The notes under the pieces are model-generated. The model did no database searches. It was not told the DNA's origin and saw nothing but the letters and a program-made list of their open reading frames with translations. A DNA stretch of 64,000 nt from an uncultured Bacteroidota bacterium (GTDB taxonomy: Bacteria; Bacteroidota; Rhodothermia; Rhodothermales; DASSAV01), in contig CAWBQO010000002.1 of assembly GCA_963790965.1 (NCBI GenBank), positions 273,651 through 337,650 of the forward strand. The letters are read 5' to 3'. Of the stretch, positions 58,009 to 64,000 are shown in pieces. Made by a program: the position numbers and the translations under genes. The number at the start of each line of letters is the position of its first letter. Position 1 is the first letter of the stretch.

Positions 58009-58407
58009 CTAATTGTTCAGCCAGCCGACGAGCGCGTAGATAGACGGAAAGCCGCCCACGATGATGATGAGCGCCGTCACGGCACCGAGCGTCCAGAAGA
58101 GCTTGCGGTGATGCGGGCTCCATCCCATAAAGTCGATGAGCACGATCCGCAGGCCGTTCATGGCATGGTAAGCCACGGCGCAGAGCAGAAGGAACTCGCC
58201 CACCTTAAAGATCGGCGCGTGGTAACTTGCGATGAGATGGTTAAATGCGTCTCTGTTCGAGAGAGAGCGAAGCCCCCAGATGTGGAGCGTGATATACACG
58301 ACGATGGCAAGTCCGCTGAGCCGATGAGCCAGCCAGGCGAACATGCCCACCCTGATCTTGTAGGGCTGCACGGCGTGCGGTTTGCGTTCTTCTACGTGAA
58401 CGGCCAT
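58009..58407 (-). CDS. sdhC: Succinate dehydrogenase cytochrome b subunit
   Basis: 132 aa with three TM helices. Heme-ligand contexts are AHRLSGLAIVVYITLHIW and AYHAMNGLRIVLID. It is the first gene of the operon. Confidence 0.88.
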   Translation of the reverse strand: MAVHVEERKPHAVQPYKIRVGMFAWLAHRLSGLAIVVYITLHIWGLRSLSNRDAFNHLIASYHAPIFKVGEFLLLCAVAYHAMNGLRIVLIDFMGWSPHHRKLFWTLGAVTALIIIVGGFPSIYALVGWLNN

Positions 58408-58660
58408 AACGAATCGTCCCTGTTGGAGAGAGAGGTTCAGGCAAAGAGGCGGGAGAGTCCCCGCGCAGGCAAACCGGCCGCGACCGGCAAGGCCGGGGCG
58501 CTGATGAAGCCCGACACGTGTCTCAAAAGAACCGAACGTTACGGGCGGCTTGTCTGAGGCCCCAATATAGCAAGTTTGTAAAAGACTTCGCGCTGCTCTT
58601 CGCTAATTCCGTATGAATGAGCATCAAAATCATTCTTTTGAGCAGCCTTTGGCGCGGACC

Positions 58661-59158
58661 TCATCGGCTTTGCAAACGATGCCGCACAAGGCGTCCGTGC
58701 GGCGTGAGGCGGTAGCGTTGGCTGCGGCTACTTGGCTTCCCCGGAATGGTCCGTTCGATGAGGCCGAGGGCAAGCGCCGGGAGCAGGTAGCGCGCGCGGA
58801 ACGACTTCCGGTCGCGCAAACCCAGCGCCAACTGGAGCTCCTCGCGGCTCGCCTCACCACGCAACACCCGTAGCAGCGCGCCGATCTGAGGGATGATCGC
58901 GGGACCAACCCGGGCGGCATCCTGGGGGCTTACCTGAGGGGTGAATTCCGGGGCGTGCAAGCCATTTTCACCGTGAACCGCCAGGTCGATCTTTCGCAAC
59001 ATAAAGGCCACAAAGGTGGCTGAGTCGCCACGGCTTGTGCTTTCGCGCAGCCTGGCATAGTATTCCTGCTGGTGATCGAAGACGATGCTTTCTGCAGGAA
59101 CATCGCCCAATAGCGGGTTCCAGCGGGCAAGGATCAGCCTCTGCCAGGTCGAGTGCAC
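58661..59158 (-). pseudogene. 5'-truncated Fic/DOC-family gene (C-terminal part only)
   Basis: WQRLILARWNPLLGDVPAESIVFDHQQEYYARLRESTSRGDSATFVAFMLRKI and TPQV...LLRVLRGEASREELQLALGLRDRKSFRARYLLPALALGLIERTIPGKPSSRSQRYRLT match the region that, in Fic proteins I recall, follows the HPFxxGNGR motif. That motif is absent. An in-frame stop lies 13 codons upstream, and the upstream DNA turns AT-rich. Confidence 0.65.
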
Positions 59159-60105
59159 CCGCTGGGACAGCCGCGCACATGGCCAGACACCTCCCCTCTA
59201 CTCTCATCTCCTCCGGAGACTGTGCGACAATACAGCTTCATTTCAATACAACCTTTGAATTCAAGCAATTCTTCAATCCCGACATAACTCACTCAACGCT
59301 GACACTCCATAATTAAAGCACTAAGTATCTATACAATAATGACGTAAGCTCTCTTCCTGGACGTGACCGTATGTCAATGCCCCCGCAGATCCAAGAATTC
59401 TTGGCAATCAAGGCAGATCGTCAATCACGGCCCTGCTTACGCAACGCTGTTCTCTCATCTCACTTGCTTTAAGTTTCTATAAAATAAATACGTAGATTTC
59501 CCTCCCGGACAAGCATATCCTGAGCTTGCCGAACGGGAGGGGCAGGGATGGTTGATCGCAAACACTCCGTCCACCTCATCAAATAGGGGCTTGGCATCCG
59601 ACGCAGAAATATATACATATGTCTCCTCCAGCGAGAAGGTCAGTATGGGTGAAACACACCTTTGCGTCCGCCACCACGGGAAAGTTGCCGCGGCACTTCG
59701 AACAAGCGTTTCAGCCGACTTCGACGCCCCAGCTGATTCAGCAGGCTCACAGAAGGCTGTCGAACAAATGATGAATCGGACTCGATCATGAAAAGAAGGT
59801 CCGAACACCGCAGACGTCATTTCCCCCTCCGCCGAGCATCAAGCGGTGTTCCGACAGCCGCTTGAGCACTCATACCGCGCGCCTCCGTTGCAAACCGCCC
59901 GTCTCCTTCCCCCATCTTCTCCTGACCAAAGACAATCGCTTTTGCCTCGCTCCGGCCGCCTTCACCTGAACAGGAGCTTGTTTCACGAAAGTTCCGTGAA
60001 AATACATTAAGGGTTAGCAGACAGACTATTTTCACAGCGCGTGGCGAGAAGTGACTGGGGGCTCAACGCGAGCCGGAGCGTTCCGAAACCGTGCCGCGAA
60101 GCAGG

Positions 60106-61170
60106 ATGCATTTTCCGTTCAGGTTTCGCCGGAGGGCGGGTCAACCCTTCAGAAGCGACGTATTCCTTCGAACCGCGCTGCTATGCAGCCTGCTGCTGCC
60201 CGTCGGCACGGCAGCGGGGCAGCGCGCGTCCGTTCAGAACTCCTCGAAAACCGGCACCCTCCGCGTGCGCCTGACCGAAGGCCCGGCGCTCATTTATGAG
60301 GACGGGGTGTGGGAGTCGGCCGTGCCCTTCGATTCTACGACGGAGTTAAGCCTCTCTGCAGGCTGGCACATGCTTACTATTGCTACGCCCTACGCCATTG
60401 ACACCCAGATCCACTACTACATCAAACGGGACAGCACGACCTTCCTTAACGTACAGATTTCGCCGACAACCAACGACGAATTGTATTTACGCCGAAGCAC
60501 GTACCATCCGGTACTTACCGGCCGCAATCTCATCGTCATGACCGACGACGATGCCGAGGTGTATGTGAACGGTGTCACGCAGGGTCGCGGTATCATGCGG
60601 CTCGCGCAGGAGCCTGGCCGTTACCGTATTGAGGCGCGGCGTAGCGACGGCGCGTCGCGGTCGACCACGATCGTGATCCCGCCATTTCCAGCCGGCACCC
60701 GTGTGGCCCAGCTCTACACAAGACCGGATCGCAGGACTACTCGTTCACTGGCCGTCGTTCCCGGTGCGACCCAGCTCCACCGCAGACAGTACCTGCGCGG
60801 AGTCGCCTTCCTGACGGGCGGAATTGCTGCCACGTACTGGACGGTCCATCAGCACAGGGTTTACACAAACGCCGCTGTAACGTATCGCCTACTCGAGGCG
60901 GAGTACCGCAACGCGTTTAACGAAACGGCAGCGACGAACATTGGAGATTACCTGGAAGCGTTGGCTCCCGAAGTTCGCGCCCAGAAGCGCCGGCGTAATG
61001 TTGCGGCGGGCACGCTCGCTGCCGTCTTCACGGCGAACGTCCTGGACGCACTCTGGCCGCCTGCCGCCGGATACCGCAAAACGCCGGGATCCGTGCGAGA
61101 CCTGGCCGTGGAGGTTGCGCCGGATGCGATCGGCATAAAAGTAACGCTCGGACTCGGACAAACGCCATGA
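60106..61170 (+). CDS. Secreted/membrane protein with PEGA-like beta-sandwich segments and a DUF5683-like C-terminal half
   Basis: The ORF is trimmed to MHFPFRFRRRAGQPFRSDVFLRTALLCSLLLPVGTAAGQ, a signal peptide. A PEGA-like segment reads LIVMTDDDAEVYVNGVTQGRGIMRLAQEPGRYRIEARR. The C-terminal motif AVVPGATQLHRRQYLRGVAFLTGGIA...TANVLDALW parallels the parB-linked DUF5683 protein. Confidence 0.65.
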   Translation: MHFPFRFRRRAGQPFRSDVFLRTALLCSLLLPVGTAAGQRASVQNSSKTGTLRVRLTEGPALIYEDGVWESAVPFDSTTELSLSAGWHMLTIATPYAIDTQIHYYIKRDSTTFLNVQISPTTNDELYLRRSTYHPVLTGRNLIVMTDDDAEVYVNGVTQGRGIMRLAQEPGRYRIEARRSDGASRSTTIVIPPFPAGTRVAQLYTRPDRRTTRSLAVVPGATQLHRRQYLRGVAFLTGGIAATYWTVHQHRVYTNAAVTYRLLEAEYRNAFNETAATNIGDYLEALAPEVRAQKRRRNVAAGTLAAVFTANVLDALWPPAAGYRKTPGSVRDLAVEVAPDAIGIKVTLGLGQTP

Positions 61171-63395
61171 CGGCACCGCACTCGAGACCTTCAGCCGGCT
61201 CTGTGGCACATCGCCCGGTAAATGCCATGCAACTTTCGAACAGCAAGGCCCCCATTACCGCCGTCATGCTGGGCGCCCTTCTGGTACTTCTACTGTTCGC
61301 AACGGGCTGCAACAGTGTCGACCCTGATTTCGAGCGGACGAGCACGCATGATAGCAAATCCCCGGACTATGTTCCCCATGGCACCTATGCTCTGAGTATT
61401 CAATCGGTGGATGGATTCGTTCGGCTGAGATGGAGTACGTTTGCTGAACACGAAGATGGATTCATCATCATGAAGGGTTCCGGGACGCCGTTGCAATTCC
61501 GCGTCATCGGCACCGTAGGTGCCGGCGTTGAGACATTTAACGACACAACCAGTTATGCCGGTCTGCCGACTGAATGGCGGGTCCAGGTATTCGTCGTGCG
61601 GGAGGATACCGTCCTGTCACCGGAATACGTGCAGAGAAGGGCCCTCTTCTCCAGGATCTACGATCTCCAGCTGACAAAATATGGGCTCACCTGGAGCACT
61701 TCATATGGACCGACACTACTTCCGCTGTACGACATCGTCGCGGAGGCCGACACATCAGGCCTCGGTGCCTGGTTTCCCTTTCCCCTTCGACCAGACGTTA
61801 TCGGGAAATCGATCAAAGGGCTTTGCACCATCAGTGACAGCGTCCAGGTCCGCGTCAGCGGCCGGGTACGAGGTGAGAACGGGCCGCTCGTCGTTACAAG
61901 CGACAGCGTTACATTTTCCAGTCGGCATATGTATGTGCCGCCGCAACCTGGACTACACCGAACCGCCGACGGTTTGAAGCTCACGTGGCAGGACGTCTCT
62001 GCCTGCGACGAAACGTACACCGTGCTGCGCTCCGTCGACGACAGTCCGTTCGAAGCCATTGCTACGGTTCTGAATGAAACCAGCTACATCGATCCTGACA
62101 TCCGGAAGAACACCACGTACCGATACGCGCTTACCTCTACTCTGCCGGGCGGCACTTCGGCACCGAGCCGGGAATCTACCTACCGATTGGACATTCCACC
62201 GCCGCAGCTCCATTATTCCGGAAGCGAACCTGACGGAGCGCGAGTGTTAGCTTTATACTACATTATTGATCCCGACGGGGGTTACGTGTTGCAGCGCTTC
62301 CGCGGCCGCACCGCCGAGGGCGTACCGGAGCGTGAGATCGAACTTGCCCTCGGCACCGAGCGGTATGTGGATCGTGATCGCGAGACGGCTACCGCGTACA
62401 CGTACCGACTGATTGGGCCGGACGCATTTCAGCAAGACCTCACGATCGAAAGGCGATCTGTTTTCCGAAAGGTCGAGCGCCAGTCCACCGACGGCGCGCT
62501 GATTTACGCGATTGCCTATGATGAGGTCGGAAGCCGCCTGACAACCGTAGGAGGCATCGTCAACACGCGCGACGTGGAAACGGGAGTAACCCTGAACACC
62601 GTAGCGCTCCGCGAGTCTACCCTCCACTTTCCGAAGTACGCTGCGATGAGCGGAGATCGCAACGTCGTGGCATTTGTTTATATCTCGGAGGCTGAGAACC
62701 GCGCCATACTCTGGGATGCCGTGTCGGGAATCGTGCTGAACCAGATCGACTTCCAGGGCGGCACAGATGTGGCTTTGAACCGGGCGGGCGACCTCGTCGC
62801 ACTTTGGACAGAGCAGGGGGTTGAAGTGCGCCGGGTCGGCGACGGCACTCGAGTGCGGACCATTCCCGTTACTCCGGTCGGCTACGAAAACCATCTCGCG
62901 CTAAGCCCGGACGGGAAGGAAGTGGCGGCCGGGGTGAACCGGGACGGCAGCGGCGGCAATCACGAAGTCAACAACTGGCGCATCGACGATGGTGCCCTCG
63001 TCGAATCCTTCCCCGTACCTTTGGTACGCGACCTCGCCTATGAGCCGTCGGGGCGCTTCCTGATAGCCGATTCCGACTCGGGGCTCGTCGTTCAGGATAG
63101 GCCCTCGAACGGTGCCCCATTCCTATTGCGCACTTCCGGGAGAACAACATACTACCCCCGGGCCGCCCCCACGGCTTCAGAAGATGGCAGCATCTTTGTG
63201 ACCGTGCGTGACGATAACGTTGTTACGTGGCGCAAGGGCACGAACGGCTATGCCGCACACACGCAGGAACTCCCTTACGGCTACCCGGCGGCGTTCGCCG
63301 TTCACCCTTCCCGCCCCGAGATAGCCGTAGCGTCAAACAGTCGGTACCTGTATTACTTGCGTCCGGGGGACGGATGGTTTGAGGTTGCAGAATAG
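61167..63395 (+). CDS. Lipoprotein with FN3-like repeats and a C-terminal beta-propeller-like region, unknown function
   Basis: It overlaps the upstream gene by 4 nt. The lipobox LLVLLLFATGC suggests the start could instead be MQLSNSK at 61227. Repeated FN3-like segments occur (LRWSTFAEHEDGFII..., LKLTWQDVSACDETYTVLRS...TTYRYALTS, TAYTYRLIG). The C-terminal ~300 aa show WD40/TolB-like periodicity (LALSPDGKEVAAG, LAYEPSGRFLIA, FAVHPSRPEIAVA). Confidence 0.7.
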   Translation: MTAPHSRPSAGSVAHRPVNAMQLSNSKAPITAVMLGALLVLLLFATGCNSVDPDFERTSTHDSKSPDYVPHGTYALSIQSVDGFVRLRWSTFAEHEDGFIIMKGSGTPLQFRVIGTVGAGVETFNDTTSYAGLPTEWRVQVFVVREDTVLSPEYVQRRALFSRIYDLQLTKYGLTWSTSYGPTLLPLYDIVAEADTSGLGAWFPFPLRPDVIGKSIKGLCTISDSVQVRVSGRVRGENGPLVVTSDSVTFSSRHMYVPPQPGLHRTADGLKLTWQDVSACDETYTVLRSVDDSPFEAIATVLNETSYIDPDIRKNTTYRYALTSTLPGGTSAPSRESTYRLDIPPPQLHYSGSEPDGARVLALYYIIDPDGGYVLQRFRGRTAEGVPEREIELALGTERYVDRDRETATAYTYRLIGPDAFQQDLTIERRSVFRKVERQSTDGALIYAIAYDEVGSRLTTVGGIVNTRDVETGVTLNTVALRESTLHFPKYAAMSGDRNVVAFVYISEAENRAILWDAVSGIVLNQIDFQGGTDVALNRAGDLVALWTEQGVEVRRVGDGTRVRTIPVTPVGYENHLALSPDGKEVAAGVNRDGSGGNHEVNNWRIDDGALVESFPVPLVRDLAYEPSGRFLIADSDSGLVVQDRPSNGAPFLLRTSGRTTYYPRAAPTASEDGSIFVTVRDDNVVTWRKGTNGYAAHTQELPYGYPAAFAVHPSRPEIAVASNSRYLYYLRPGDGWFEVAE

Positions 63396-63698
63396 TCTTT
63401 TCCTCCCCGCAATGGCCTCGGCGGCGTGCCGTACAGCCCGGTCGCGGGCTAACCTTTCCCCGTTCGCGACCCCTTCGACGGACCGATCTGTTGGTACGAA
63501 GTAATCCAAGCCCTACTGCCGGAAGTGCGCACACAGAAATGATCTCGAAGGGGCCATCCAGCGCCCCGGCCACTGGATACCGGCCGCGGCAAGAAAGACG
63601 CCGCGACCTCTCGCTTACAGCCGCCCCAAGTCAGGATGTCAATACACCCCTCGCTCTGGATGAACAGGCCCAACCCGACACTTCAACCCCGTAGCGCA

Positions 63699-64000
63699 AT
63701 GCGTTGCCAGACGACGATCTTCCTGCTATGCCTGCTGATCGGGCTGTCGATGCTGCAGAATGCCGACGCGCAGGTAAGTCCCGATTCCGCCGGGTACGCG
63801 CTCATACGCCTTGCGCGCGGGCCCGGCATCTTGTATATCGATGATGACTGGATGAACCCCACTTCTTTCGACATGGAAGTTATTGTCCCTGTCGATACCG
63901 ATCCGCATCGGATCACGGTCGCCCTGCCCTGCGAGGCCGACTTTGTGACGCAGGTCCATGTTGCGCCCGGAGACACAGCCCGCATCACCTTCCAGGCGTT
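63699..64000 (+). CDS. Secreted protein, 5' part only (runs off window); distant paralogue of the 60106 gene
   Basis: Not in the ORF track because it is open-ended. My own translation from ATG 63699 is MRCQTTIFLLCLLIGLSMLQNADAQVSPDSAGYALIRLARGPGILYIDDDWMNPTSFDMEVIVPVDTDPHRITVALPCEADFVTQVHVAPGDTARITFQA. It has a signal peptide, and its N-terminal domain aligns loosely with GTLRVRLTEGPALIYEDGVWESAVPFDS...HMLTIATP of the 60106 product. Confidence 0.6.
   Translation, partial: MRCQTTIFLLCLLIGLSMLQNADAQVSPDSAGYALIRLARGPGILYIDDDWMNPTSFDMEVIVPVDTDPHRITVALPCEADFVTQVHVAPGDTARITFQA

Noticed and set aside
59391-59404. 14-bp perfect palindrome CCAAGAATTCTTGG in the low-GC patch
   Set aside because: Several 14-bp palindromes are expected by chance in 64 kb, and no associated gene or repeat partner was found.
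59455-59820. 121-aa minus-strand ORF and overlapping 79-aa plus-strand ORF in the low-GC patch
   Set aside because: I recognised no motifs in either. The two strands have mutually exclusive ORFs of similar weakness, and the region looks like decayed DNA, so neither is reported as a gene.
59978-60003. Split parS-like half sites TGTTTCACG-n7-CGTGAAAA
   Set aside because: The 7-nt spacer destroys the contiguous palindrome required for a canonical parS, so the 7-bp arms are within chance expectation.

Overview
High-GC (roughly two-thirds G+C by eye) chromosomal segment. The gene content points to a Bacteroidota/Rhodothermia-like (Rhodothermus/Salinibacter-type) organism: a SusC/SusD pair, a T9SS C-terminal sorting domain, parA-parB-DUF5683 synteny and TamB. 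No similarity search was possible, so every call rests on reading the supplied translations for family motifs, and I did not recompute the ORF track itself. Most of the window is housekeeping. It holds a YbhGFSR-like ABC-2 efflux operon with TolC and a TetR regulator (1-6376), aroB, a giant TamB-like protein, RNase R, an orphan ABC pair and a heme cluster (hemL, hemH, hemF, hemE) interleaved with non-heme genes. It also holds uvrB, a SusC/SusD locus with an esterase, parAB, a UvrD-like helicase, yajC, ribBA, slyD and an sdhCDAB operon. I found no rRNA, tRNA, CRISPR array or intact mobile element. Six things deserve a second look. (1) A four-gene operon of glycosyltransferase, serine-palmitoyltransferase-like alpha-oxoamine synthase, large GNAT-fold protein and HAD hydrolase (34.8-39.3 kb) looks like an uncharacterised sphingoid/capnoid-type lipid pathway. 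(2) A 0.9-kb intergenic mosaic of at least four short repeat families lies between sdhB and a CheB-CheR-PAS-histidine kinase gene (53.6-54.5 kb). (3) An esterase gene appears separated from its T9SS sorting domain by a frameshift (27.5-27.8 kb). (4) A truncated Fic gene and a low-GC patch are followed by a paralogous module of a PEGA/DUF5683-like protein plus a beta-propeller lipoprotein (58.7-64.0 kb). (5) A 1386-aa CheB/CheR/PAS/HisKA_3 kinase is paired with an output-less receiver. (6) Several strong hairpins are present. The many long antisense ORFs in the track are high-GC shadow frames and were rejected.
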